Source of the DNA: Tubiluchus corallicola | Taxonomy: Eukaryota > Animalia > Priapulida | DNA length: 64,000 bases | Assembly (NCBI GenBank): GCA_030141605.1 | Contig: JAQGDQ010000131.1 | Coordinates: 310,001 to 374,000 of the forward strand | Direction of reading: 5' to 3' | Shown here: positions 41,875 to 54,800 of the stretch, piece after piece | Numbering within the stretch: the first letter of the stretch is position 1 | Layout of the letters: the number at the start of each line of letters is the position of its first letter | Made by a program: the position numbers and the translations under genes | Notes under the pieces: generated by a model | The model's input: the letters and a program-made list of their open reading frames with translations, nothing else | Database searches by the model: none | What the model was told of the DNA's origin: nothing

Positions 41875-44800
41875 CCTTACTAGATGGGAAAAAATATTCT
41901 AGCTAAATGTTTAGCGTGGGCTGTACTTGTACAATCTGTAACTGTTGTGGAGTTGTTACTTCGTAAGTCTACTGTCATCTCCACGCACCAGAAATGCATT
42001 TTCTATAAACAAGACAGCTGAAAATTCGATTTCACGTACATTGTCAAAGTTCTTAAGAGGCAAAGAAAGTTTAACACTCAATACGAGGTACTCTTCCGTC
42101 GTGAATCTTTAAATTGTCACTTAATTAATAAAAAGCTAGTGGTACTAATTTTGCGCGGGCTAACATAATAACTCGTCGAGTTTGCGTGAGAGCTAACGAG
42201 TTTTCGTCGTCTCTTTAGATGGCTGTTTGTCCGGTAGAATTTGTCTGAGTAAAACTTTAATGCCTAGATGACACAACTATCGACTGTGTTGTCAATTCAA
42301 TGCCTATAGCAATAAAAGGAACGTGAGGGGCCTAAAATGCACGCAGCTACACTAAAGTACCTAAACAGGAACAACAATCAACAATGTGGCAGAATCCCCG
42401 GAGATGGTAGAATCGACATATCTAACGTTTGCGAAAGTAGATGCTGTAATAGTAAAAAGTAAAGAAAAGAAAGTGACGGGAAGAACTGGAACTTGCAGAT
42501 AATGTTGAACACATATCATAGTGATTTTTTTCACCTTTAATCGGCTTAAATAATTCGATGTCGTTAAATACTATTACGAATGTTAAATAATAAACAGCAT
42601 CGTTAATCAGTATTGTAACTGCTAAAACAGTACAAAAAACTGAAGAAATAATGGCGAAACGCATGCACAGTAATTGCTATTAGGCACGTCATTCTAGTAA
42701 AAAATAGGAGTGACCGTAAACAGATTGCAACAAAACGGATATTTGAAATTACGTTATTTAGGACATTTGGTCTGGCTGATTTTGACTGTTTTAGACCTGT
42801 GTGAATGCACAACTCCATACAACTGAGAAAGCCTTTGTTGCTATTTATTTGGGGTCAGACTTTATTTTCTCCCGCCTATATTGGTCTTTCTTGCGGTCGT
42901 CTTGGCTATCATCATTGTCACCGTCATTATCACATCGTGATCATTTATTATTATTTATTTATTTATTATTTGTTCGGCACAAGAATAAATGTTTACATTT
43001 GATACATGAGTAAATGTAAACAGTAAAACTGCATGGCCATGATCAATACGAAGGTTGTGCCTACCACTGTCTGCCATGGGTGCCAGCAAGGAACTAGATC
43101 CCAAAACAGATCACAGCCTGTCATCCGTCAAAATATCCATCGTTGCTGTCGTCATCGCCATCATCATTATTAATGTTTTTATTGCTATTTACGCTCACGC
43201 AAAGCATGAGATTCCTCGCCCCTGGAATGTCAATTTTTTACTTGTTCTATTTTAAACTCCTCGCTTGCCTCACCTTTGCATAACGAACAGCCTCAGAAGG
43301 CAGCGAAGCACAAAATGACTGAGCAAAGGCAGTGAAAAGTGAAATCCATCCTGACGCTACAGTCTATTATAATGCTCTGGCACTTTCACGTTGGATGTCT
43401 ATACAAAAGCGCTCAGGTATTCACAGCCAGGCAGATTTCGAAAAGGAGTTAATGTGCTTGTTGTATGACAGACTATACGAATTAGCGCTGCTAATGCTTT
43501 CTGGATAAACGGAAACCATTGTATACGTGACAAATGTTTGACAGTCATTATTGAGGTGCGTCAAATTAGCTTCCTTTCATTAGCCGGTTCATATAAATAC
43601 CTAATCACAGCAGGTAGATATGTAGGGAGCAACAGGTAACTTTCTGCTTAGGATTAGGGAATGACTAATGGAAATAGTACCAGCTATGCCCTTAATGTTA
43701 GTAATTAATGTAAATTCATGTCCAAATAACCATTAAACCAAATTATACGGATATTAAAAATTTATTGTCCAATTCAATATTTAATTTCAGTTCATTAAAA
43801 CGAACTATAGCACTAAGTGTATATATACGCAGATATAACAACAACAATAAAGTGTTATAAGCAATACATAGACACAGCACATCTGAAATAATAAATTCAT
43901 GAGTTAACATAATCTTGTACATACTGATACTAGGAATTGAGAGATGACGAATTGAACATGGGCCTACATGGTGATGGGGTCTTACATTAAAATACAAATT
44001 ATCTAGATAAAATATGGTTCATGTATCGCATAATCGTAGACCTATATCTAACATCGATAAGACATTGAATATTATTAAATTACTACTGATTTTCAGACGT
44101 TGCCACAGACCAACAAAAGTAGAATACTATTTATCTGTTTTTGAAACTTCTGTGAATGCAGTCTTCCCTGGGTCTGCTCTATTCTAGTATAATTCAATCT
44201 TCACTCCAAAGGGTTTTTTACTCTCAAATCCCGTTTGGTCCATATGTAGCTGACTAACTTCTTAATTTTCTGTCCAGTGGTCCATTGGTCGTTTATAGAT
44301 TAATCATCGAAGTTTTGCCGAAAGTCTCATTGATCTCTCCCCTTGATCGCCTTTAGTCCTTATGTTTCACACTACAAACTTCTTACAACAGTCATACGGT
44401 AAGCTCGGCGCAATACTAGTCGAAAAATTCTTTAATATCAGCTCTGCCAGTATGTCGTAGTACGAGTACAGAAGCCTACAAGATGAAATTTGTCCTGCAC
44501 CTTCAGATTCGCCTTAGGAAACTCTATCTAGGCTTATTCATATTTTACATAGCTACCTAGGGCTAACCTGCGGAAGTCTCGTGTGCCCCGTAAGTACTGT
44601 AATAACGGCTTACTTTTATCCCTTTCGTACTTTCATAAAATCTATAATACGTCAATCAAAGTTTTGATGCCACTCTACTGTTCTGGCGCATATTCACGTT
44701 TTACATTTTTATTCACCTGCGATAAGTTTTGTCGTTTTCTATACTGTTCATTTTTAAAGAAAAACGATTTTCAGCTTTTCATTAAAATAACCGGAACACG

Positions 44801-45350
44801 CACAGATCAGCATCGATACTATCTGCAATTTTTTTCTTCAAGGCTACCGATATATTATTATCGACCAGTAATTATGCATAGATTCAGCTAATAAATCGTT
44901 ACAAAATATGTACAAACGCATGTACAAACAAATGTACACATTCGTTTTTGTGGATGTTAAGGTTACGGTTACCTAGGTTGGGGGCACAATGAGGTCATAG
45001 GTAGTGGGTGCTGAGTATATACGCACATAAGGTACCGATAACAGTAGAATATCCACATTTGTTGACATCGTGTTCTATTTTTAACATTCTATGATAAAAA
45101 TGTTGTGTGTAAACGTGACTGGAAATTTCGTTCTGTTGTACATAAACTTTTATGATTTTTACACTTTTTCTCATTTTAGAGCTTATTTTGAGTTTGAAAT
45201 GTACAAGATGTCCAAGAAATAACTTTGTGAAAAGCTTATGATTTTACTTGATATGACTTTACCTTGCGTGACTGATAAAGACATTCGATATAAGTCATTG
45301 TGGTTCCAATACTGGAACTCATTACTAACCGCTTCATTTATTATCTAAAC

Positions 45351-47400
45351 TAGATAGATAGATAAATATTTTGTTTCTGAAAATCAAATTTCTTACATGA
45401 AAATTACAAAATCAACGTATACCCGATGGTTTTATCAGCGGGCAGAGCTCGGGTAATGACTTCCAGATTATACTAACGATACTAACGCACACGGTATATA
45501 TACACAAATATACAAATTTAGTTTTAAACTCTATGAAGCGAAAAAAACTATTAACTAAGCATTTCTACACATTTGATAAACAAATATTTTACCTATAAGA
45601 TAATCACAAGGAAATATATTACTATTTAATTCAAAAATCTATGCATACAGTTGTAAATGAAATTTCCAATTGACATTAATTCTCCATCAAATAAATTTGC
45701 AATATTACTATAATTTAACGCGTACAGTGATCTATGAAGTGCATTTTCGGAGCACTCGCACAAAAAATGCTCTCTGTCTACATTTCTCAACAAAGACACA
45801 GCCTGCGCTCACGAGGTACATTTGCCCAACGACCTGTTTCTATAGCTAGATTGTGGGATGAGACCCTTATTCTTGTGATTATTATACGTTTGTGCTCAGG
45901 TAATTCTGTGTTCTCATACACTGGATGCACAGACAAGTTGGGATTTATTTCCAAATAAGTCTTGCATTTTGTACGATCAGAAACTCGAACATGGGTCTTT
46001 CGTCTCTCTACATCTGTCTGTAATGATCCGTTGTAGTCATAACACTGTCTAAATATTTGTATCCCTTCGTTCGTGTATCTTTACATAAATTCCATACAAA
46101 AATAAACGGGTCATCCGTCATAGCGTGTCGCAGGTTTACCAATTTCGAAACAAACTTTTTTGTACGTATTTTACCCTCGCTTCAAGTGAAGGCATGCCAA
46201 GTTCTAGAAAACAAACGTCGTTTGTGGTAGAAGTACGAACCCCCAGTAGAGCTTTAATAGTAGTGTGGTACGGAACCTCGCCAATACGAGCACTGCCACA
46301 TATCCAGGCTTCGCACCCAAAAAGTATGGACGAAAGCAATGCAGATTCTAGCACCTTCCGTTTTATCCAAAATGGAAAGTCAATGTTCTTGGCTACAAAA
46401 GAGGCAAATTCCATCAAGTGTGGCTGTTTGGATTTAAAATGTTCCCTAACAGCAGCATCGGGCGACCCATCTTGAGTAAAGACAGCCCCCAAATAAGTGT
46501 AATCATTGCAATTTAGCACGCACACATTGTTAACTACAAGTTCCACTCTGTCCGCCAGAGAACCGTGCTCCACCATAAATTTTGTCTTTTCTACACTGAA
46601 GACCATTCCCGATTCTTCACAAAACCCTAAAAGCACAGAAAGTTTCTGGCTTCATTTCTAGACATGGCAAGCAGGACAATATCATCCATAAGCAGTAGAC
46701 AATGAGCCCAGCCAAGAAAGTCATCTTCCACACTCGTGTTTAATTCTCCTCACAAACGGATTTAGGTACAAAGTAAAAAGAAAACAAGATGTCGGGCTTC
46801 CCTGACGAAGACTAATAGTTGCTATAATTATAGCCGTTCCGTATCTGAATATAAGGTACCAATAGCCGCCACCATGGCATATCCACATCCTAAAGCTGCC
46901 AAGGCAGTAATAATAGCACCACGAGCTGCTCTGTCATAAAGTGCTAAAGTGAAGCGATTATGAAAAACTTTTTCTTTTGACACAGTGCGTAATCCATGAG
47001 TAACCGAAGGGTGAGGATGTGTTCCAAACACCCCCGCCCGGGCTGGGCCCTGCTTGTTCCCGATCAGAGCAAAAGCACTTTTGAAGGCGTTGACAAAACA
47101 TACTATCATACAATTTGGCGAAGGTATCCATTACTGATATACCGCGATAATTGTCGCAGGACTGCCGACGACCTTTCTTGAATATCACTATTAGCCGTGA
47201 AGAAGCCCAACTGGTGGGTACAATGGCACACCGAAAGATTAACGTAAATATTGTCACTAAGAAGCTTAACCACGGTTGCGGTAATCTTGAGCACTCCAGG
47301 TGGAACTCCGACGGCCCATCACTGCGGTCCAACTTCATAGCGGTAATAACATCACACATATCAGACAATGTAAAATCATCGTCGGTAACTAATCTGGGCT
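45351..47400 (-). mobile_element. 5'-truncated, frameshifted non-LTR retrotransposon (RTE-X-like): RT, C-terminal Cys motif, 3' UTR and (TCTA)n tail
   Basis: IFKKGRRQSCDNYRGISV, EQAG..GCLEHILTLRLL, YDR, LRQGSPTSCFLF, LLLMDDIVLL (46681-46692), KTKFMV, YTYLGAVFT, SILFGCEAW, and TRIRVSSHNLAIETGRWANVPRERRLCLC, a C-terminal motif typical of RTE-X. The ORF ends near 45627. A short tail tagatagatagata lies at 45351-45364. Confidence 0.92.
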
Positions 47401-49818
47401 CCTCTTGTACAGTTGTTATGTATATAGTTTTATATTCTGCACCTCTTATTTATTTTATATAATGCTCTGTGTATTGATTTAAACTTATTATAAAATAAAT
47501 AAATATCTGACTATCCTTGTTTTCAGAATGACGCTAGTTTAATTAAAGAACATAAGTTCGCGATCACCTGACCTAGTTCAATAAGGAAAAACCTCTCAGA
47601 CGAGACACTGAACCAACAGATATTCAGTAGCAAGTGAAACCGTTTTCCCGACCGCACAGGCCAAACTTCGCGCTGCTTAACTGCTAAACACACACCTAAG
47701 TACTCAGTTATTCGCCTCGTTCCTGTGCAAGATCTTGATCTTGACGTAGCTTACGAGAAATTGTCGTACATTACTTGTCAGCGGGTGTATATTATCTTTT
47801 ACCGTATACTTTCACCGGAATCTGCACAATCATTTGTGCAAGTTAAAGTGAAAGTTATCATCATAGTGACAGTTAATGATTATTATCTGTTTTCTGAGTT
47901 ACTGAACAAGTGCGCAATCATTAGAGTAAAGACGAAATTGTTGTATTTAAGAATTGTTTTCTTTCTTATTTGCCGGACTGACTGCGCATGTGCGTAAATA
48001 ATAGTCTGGGGTGTGTGTAGGTTTTTTTGGCCTTGCTCAGAGCTAAATAACAAATTTTATTCTTTAGGCAAAATTGTGGGTTAATGTATGTAAATTGTGT
48101 AAAATTACTATGTAACACTATGTAAAAATAAGAAATCAAGCATCAGCGATCCTATCCCAACATTGATGCAAATGAGAACGCAAAGATAAATGATTTTAAT
48201 GAATTCATATTTAAATTGATGTATCTAATTTTGCATCTACCGCAAGATTCTACCGACTCTACAACTAATACAGTTTTACGGTGAAAGATAGCAGAGGCTA
48301 AATGAAAATTTTGGTAACGGGCAAGCAATACTAAGGGCAAACTCCTAACTTAGTTAAATTCATTTCGAATCAAATGAGAATCAACATTTTGTAAAATTAC
48401 TACAGTATTTTATGAAATCAATTGTGTCATACTGCCAGCACGTTGGCCCAGTAAGCGCATAACCAACAGCGTTACAACCAACAGCGTTATAAAATGGTAA
48501 AATGAGTTATGACGATGGTAATAGGCTTATAATAATGGAAACGACGAACACCCGTAGAGCAGTGGTGGTGATGGTCAAGATTTATGATGATGCTAATGTT
48601 AGGCTCAGTTTTGTCATACCATAGATCACTTGCGCTTCAAATTTTATGCACATCATGGCGGCAAATTTCAAAAACGACTGTTTCCGGGATTCTGTGAAAA
48701 AGTCGACTATTATGGTCGACTTTTTGAAACACATTTTTGGTCAACCTTCATCTTTTCGCCTTTTTTGTACCAGTCAACCAGCCGTCAGTCTGCCAGGCTT
48801 TACTAGGTGGCCAAAACGTTTTAAAATAACCAGTTACCTGGTCGACTGTGTACATCGAATTACCTAGTCGCCTTGGACCAAAAAAGCGATATTTGCCAAA
48901 TTCTGCAACAAAATATTAAAATACATGTTCACGCTTTTACGCATGACGTGTTCATTTAAGTACGATATGAGTTATAAAATTGCTCGTTTTATTGCTAAAA
49001 CGCTGCCTGTATAGTAATCAACATGCAGCCATCAAAACATAATCTAAGTAGGATTACATTATATTAACTTTATTGTTTTATAGGCAAACAAAGGAGTTCG
49101 TTAAGTTACGAAGCACCTGCTGGTAATATAACAGTTAAGAGTTTCTGTATCGGAAAGTAACGCATTCCTGGTCAAGTTTTTGCTAAACGACAGATTTTAC
49201 ATCTCATTTTGCTAGACGGGCATGCGTAACTAGTGCCTTATTGTCATTTTTAGAATGTTTAAAGTGAGCGGACACAAGTTCGCTACTGACATTAAATTAT
49301 TTTTATATATTCTTTGATAAAACGCGTCGTAACTATTGTTTAAGTACTCAAGCCGTCTTGTTAATTGAGCAGATGAATTATAAAATTGTCTAGGATGGGG
49401 TTAAGCTACAGGCCCAATCCAGATCCATTTAATAAAAAACAAGTGTTTTCATACGCCGTTTTTTGCCGCCATCAATTATCAAACTTGGTTTAATGTTGAC
49501 CAACGGTATTTAAATGTATACATAAAATCAAAACAAAAAAGGCGCCACGTTGTTGATATGTTTTTGATTGTTGTCGAATGTGTTGATCACGCTTAAAAAC
49601 ATCAATATGCATGATTTTATTACAATGGTAAATAAGTTTATTGACGATCCAGCACATTTATTTTTATTTTTTCTATTTGTATGTATTTTATGGCTTCAGA
49701 CTATGTATAACAGCTAAAGAACGCTAAATAATAATGCAATGCAAATCATACTACAAATACAGTGTAGATCAAAAATACAAACTAAACCCTGCATATTTAT
49801 TTGTCCTCAAATAAAAAG

Positions 49819-50505
49819 TTACTTTACTTTACTTTACTTTACTTTACTTTACTTTACTTTACTTTACGTTACGTTACTTTACTTTACTTTACTTTACTTT
49901 ACTTTACTTTACTTTACTTTACTTTACTTTACTTTACTTTACTTTACTTTACTTTTACTTTTGCTTTACTTTTGCTTTACTTTGCTTTGCTTTACTTTGC
50001 TTTGCTTTGCTTTGCTTTGCTTTGCTTTGCTTTGCTTTACTTTGCTTTGCTTTGCTTTGCTTTACTTTACTTTACTTTACTTTACTTTACTTTACTTTAC
50101 TTTACTTTGCTGTACTTTACGCTACTTTACTTTACTTTGCTATGTTTTACTTCACTTTACCTTACCTTACATTGGCTTAGTTTATCTTATCTTATCTTAT
50201 CTTATCTCATCTCATCTCATCTCATCTCATCTCATCTCATCTCATCTCATCTCATCTCATCTCATCTCATCTCATCTCATCTCATCTCATCTCATCTCAT
50301 CTCATCTCATCTCATCTCATCTCACCTCACCTCACCTCACCTCACCTCACCCTACCCTACCCTACCCTACCCTACCCTACCCTACCCTACCCTACCCTAC
50401 CCTACCCTAACCTACCCTACCCTATCCTATCCTATCCTATCCTATCCTATCCTATCCTATCCTATCCTATCCTATCCTATCCTATCCTATCCTATCCTAT
50501 CCTAT

Positions 50506-50537
<32 letters not shown>

Positions 50538-50555
50538 TATCTTATCTTATCCTAT

Positions 50556-50587
<32 letters not shown>

Positions 50588-51022
50588 TATCTTGTCTTAT
50601 CTTATCTTATCTGACATTACCTTACCTTCAGTTACCTTACCTTACCTTACCTTACCTTACCTTACCTTACCTTACCTTACTTTACCTTACCTTACCTTAC
50701 CTTACCTTACATTTCTTTACATTACCTTTACCTTATCTTACCTTACATTACCTTACCTTATCTTACCTTACCTTACATTTCTTTACCTTACCTTTACCTT
50801 ATCTTACCTTGCATTACCTTACCTTATCTTAATTTGTTTCCCGTATCGTATCCCATCCCATCCCATCCCATCCCATCTCATCTCATCCCATCCCATCTCA
50901 TCTCATCTCATCTCATCTTATCTTACCTTATCTTACATTACCTTACCTTCAGTTACCTTACCTTACCTTACCTTATCTTACCTTACATTACCTTACCTTA
51001 TCTTAATTTGTTTTACTTTACT
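49819..51022. repeat. Compound pentanucleotide satellite, about 1.2 kb
   Basis: Successive blocks of TTTAC, TTTGC, TTTAC, CTTAT, CTCAT, CTCAC, CCTAC, CCTAT, CTTAT, CTTAC, CCCAT, CTCAT and CTTAC. Confidence 0.98.
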
Positions 51023-52244
51023 TTTTGTCCTAGCTCCGCAGGCACAATAATTTTGAATTTACTCTTTCAACAAACTCATACTCATCATCATCATCAGTCA
51101 TCAATTGCCCATTACGTCTATTGTAGACATTAGGCAGGCAAAACTGTAAAGTAGAAGAAATCTGCCCTCAAGACAGGTAAACATAGCTGTAATCCAACGA
51201 ATAACTCATACTGATGCATTTTGCTGCAAATGTCAATAAAGCAACTCTTTTCTGCTCGGATTTTTTATCTACGTGCAATCATGGGTAAGTGATGGTTTCC
51301 CGTTATCTGTGAATAATAGCCACCTTGGGTAATTTACGCAGTCTAGGATTAGGTTACGCGTTAATATCTAGTTGCGTCAAGGACAAATATCACGGAAAGA
51401 CGAACAAAATTTCACGTAAATAGGCAGTTTTTCCCGGAGCTTCCGGTTACCGAATGAATATTGTTAGAGGAGATAATAACAGTTATATACTAATAAAGCT
51501 AAAATCACAATTAAACAAAAGACAAAAAACGAAGAAAAGAATGCTATCATTATGAAGTCACCAGTAACTTCTTTTTCAGAGTCTTCAACTTAAAAACAAA
51601 AAACAATAAGATACGTGGACGAAATAGAGCTTAGGTAAGGTTGTACCATCGTTTCTTTTTTGCTCAGGTGGCCATGTGATTAGCTATCTGTCTGCCGAGT
51701 ACCATGTCAGGTTAATTTTCACTAGCTGCAAGGTTGTCCGTTCATTTTTTTACTTATATTTCCGTGTGTGAAGGTGACCCTTCTCTGGGCATCATCAATG
51801 GACATTTCGTGAGTAGCCATTACTGATCGATGGTTGTAGTGTACGCTTTCATTTACCACTAATTAAGCCGCTTTGTTGATTAGCTTTTATAGCAAAATGT
51901 TTCGCTTGTTTGCTTAAATTGGGGCAAAAGCGAGAAACTGTTGCTTATTATCTAGAAATGAAAAAAAAACAAGAGTTCGGCCGGGTAATATGAATTGTCT
52001 TTAAACTGCAATGTCAGTCAAAAACAATCGATCGATTTATCTTAAAATCGATTAATTTTAGAGATCAAAATGATGATTTAGTGATCATTTCGACTAATCA
52101 TTAAATGACGAAGACTGTCAAAAAGGCGAGTGACTGAGAATGACTAAAAATTGCGATTAATAATTAACTATACAAACAAAAGCGCCAAAATGTCTGCCAT
52201 AAATTATTAAAATTTATTAAGTAACGCACAAACATCAATTTACT

Positions 52245-52723
52245 AAGAGTACGGCGTAACATTATTGCCTGTACAGCTTACACATTTCATGTTTCTGAGA
52301 GTACTGACGTAACATCACTGCCTGTACAGTTTACACATTTCATGTTTCTGAGAGTGTTGACGTAACATCACTGCCTGTGCATTGTACACGTTTCATGTTT
52401 CTGAGAGTACTGACGTACCACCATTGCCTGTGCACTGTACACATTTCATGTTTCTGAGAGTACTGACGTAACATCATTGCCTGTGCACTGTACACATTTC
52501 ATGTTTCTGAGAGTACTGACGTAACATCATTGCCTGTGCACTGTACACGTTTCATGTATCTGAGAGTACTGACTTTACATCATTGCATGTGCACTGTACA
52601 CATTTCATGTTTATGAGAGTACTGACTTTACATCATTGCATGTGCACTGTACACATTTCATGTTTCTGAGAGTACTGACTTTACATCTTTGCCTGTGCAC
52701 TGTACACATTTCAAGTTACTGAG
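52245..52723. repeat. 53-bp minisatellite, 9 copies
   Basis: Unit gagagtactgacgtaacatcattgcctgtgcactgtacacatttcatgtttct, starting at 52245, 52297, 52350, 52403, 52456, 52509, 52562, 52615 and 52668. Confidence 0.97.
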
Positions 52724-53020
52724 CGAGAAATCGCTAAAATGAAACCCAACAATCACTATTCGCCTTGGGAAAAATTTTCAATGAAGACCTTTTACTTTTT
52801 TGTAGACCAATTATTTCTCTTTCTGCTATAGAACAAGCTATAGAACATATACCTTACAAAGCGCCATGCAATTGTTTTTTGCGCATGATAAACTTTGAAA
52901 AAAAATGATAGGTAGCTTCAAGAAAACGCCAACTATAGCTAGCTGTGAGCTCTCGATGAAATCTTGATTAATTATATAAACGCACGAAAGTAATACTAAA
53001 TTAGGAAGTGTGAGAAATTG

Positions 53021-53095
53021 CACTCCACTGTGGCTCGAACCCACAAACCTCTGCTTTCCAGAAAGCTATGTTAACTTATTTGCGTCAGTTGCAAC
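53021..53095 (-). other. tRNA-derived remnant (SINE head or tRNA pseudogene)
   Basis: The minus strand has a decayed A box (tgacgcaaataag), a short hairpin gctttctggaaagc and a T-arm/B box gtggGTTCGAGccac. The acceptor stem does not pair. Confidence 0.4.
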
Positions 53096-53189
53096 TTGAA
53101 GATGCAACTTGAAGAGGCATCATCACGTCGCCTGAAGAAGTTTTTCTGCGCCTTTATTCACATTCTCACTTTCTACCTGTATTTCTTAT

Positions 53190-53660
53190 CTTTAAAACAC
53201 AAGAAAACCCCTCGCAGAAAGCCTAAAAAATTCGTCTTGGAATTTTATATCAGTTACATACTGCCTTTCTGCATGCAGGGCTTACGTCAACAGTAACGCT
53301 GTATAAAATTTGTAAATTTAAACTCCCGCGATGACGGTTAGGCGCAGCCATTTTAATGGTAGGTCGTTTAAAACAAGTTTAGATAACATTGAAGTGAAAT
53401 TTTTAAAAATAATCAGAGCATGGGTAACACACATCTTACTAACTAAGTAAAATTTTAAATTACTGTATCTTGTCAATAAGATTAAAAATACGTTTTTGGT
53501 TAGTGAGTGGCGCACCCTGGAGGGTGAACCAGCGACATTTTACCAATTGGCACGAACATTTTAAATTTTTATTCCTAGTTACAGCAGGTAAGTCTTTCCA
53601 GTAGGTAAGCGAAATGCTAAGTAATATAGATTTGCAAGGACAATTTTGGGGAGATTTTTA
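53190..53660 (+). repeat. Dispersed repeat of about 450-500 bp, copy B
   Basis: Aligns to copies A and C. Also shares tttaaa..acaagaaaaccc.tc with copy C. Confidence 0.85.
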
Positions 53661-54389
53661 TTTTTATTTTAACAATTAATATTTTAACATTGCCTTTTCT
53701 TCCCCTGATTTACGTTTACGTACGTGATGTCATGTAATGGCGACTTCGGAACTTAAATTTAAAATGAAAACAAACAAAAATTCCTTTTAACCCGAGTACG
53801 ATATATGCATAAAAATGCTGTAAAGTAATATAATTTTTAAGGCGTTTTTTTTTGCTGAAACCTGCTTTAGCTTTGTCTTGTCCTCTAAGTTGCCACTGCA
53901 GATTTGTTTAGGGCGACTTACATAAAAGAGCTATTGTTATGCTTTCCTTATAACTCACTACTGCACACAATAGTTTAACTTTAATCCTCAAACGAAATTT
54001 CTCAGACTTGTCCTTCAGCTAAACTTTCAGTGTCGTGATGTTAAGAAGGAATGATTGTAAAGTTTTATCATGACAAAGCTTTTATTCGCGGTAATATTTA
54101 CAGGATTTACTGGCAAATTGCTGCTGTCATTCTTGGTTTCCTGTATTTCACAAGGTCACCCCCGCCCAACACGTAAAAACCGTTTAAGCTCCCTAGCGTG
54201 TTGTGCGCACGTATGTTCTCCACGGCCTTTCTCGTCAGGAATCTTTCAAAATTAAGCCATTAAAAGCATTGTTGGGTATAAGGAAAACAAACAGAAAATG
54301 TTCTTGAAAGAAAAGTTAAAGGTTGTGATTCATACAAAAGATAACTTGGCGTAAAAGTTCGAAATATGAAACCACAAGCCAAGTTAGCT

Positions 54390-54800
54390 AACTAGAATGG
54401 CACTCAGTTGAAGACCTCCGCCAAGGCTTGTGGGCTGTACAGTGTGTAGCATAATTATTTATTAAACTACACGGGCTTTAGTTAAAGCGTCACTAATTGT
54501 TCTAACATCACCCCATTCTAACTTGCACCGCCTGTACTTTCTTAGCGTTGTATGGACAATATGACGTCCATACAAGCAAAGCTTATGAATAACTACTGCA
54601 TATACAAGATTGTAGTTAATAAATAAAAATTGATTTTCTTTTACAATACTTAACCGATCACAACCAAAATTGAAATATTTCTTTCTTGTCACATGCTTTA
54701 TTCCTTCACAAAATTTCATGGAAATCGGTGAAGTAGTTTTTGTGTAATTCTGTTAACAAACAAAAATTAGCAAACCAACAGCTTTGAAAACAGCCTTGTG
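54390..54800 (+). mobile_element. Non-autonomous element resembling Crypton-type repeats of aquatic animals
   Basis: Starts aactagaatggcactcag...acctccgccaagg and contains gatcacaaccaaaatt...aaaatttcatggaaatcggt...tttttgtgtaattctgttaacaaacaaa. Recognised from recalled family layout, not from a search. Confidence 0.5.

Noticed and set aside
47640-47690. 5S rRNA-like match (agttaagcagcg on the minus strand)
   Set aside because: Only about 12 nt match, and the following box C region is absent.
50351-50420. Telomere-like repeat
   Set aside because: The block is CCTAC with a single ccctaa; it is one step in the pentamer series, not a TTAGGG or TTAGG array.
49739-51133. Long ORFs of 223, 343, 152 and 99 aa
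   Set aside because: These are translations of the pentanucleotide satellite, which lacks stops by composition.
53095-53145. Second hammerhead-like motif (TTGAAGA ggc...gcct GAAG)
   Set aside because: GAAA and the cleavage triplet are absent; too degenerate to call.
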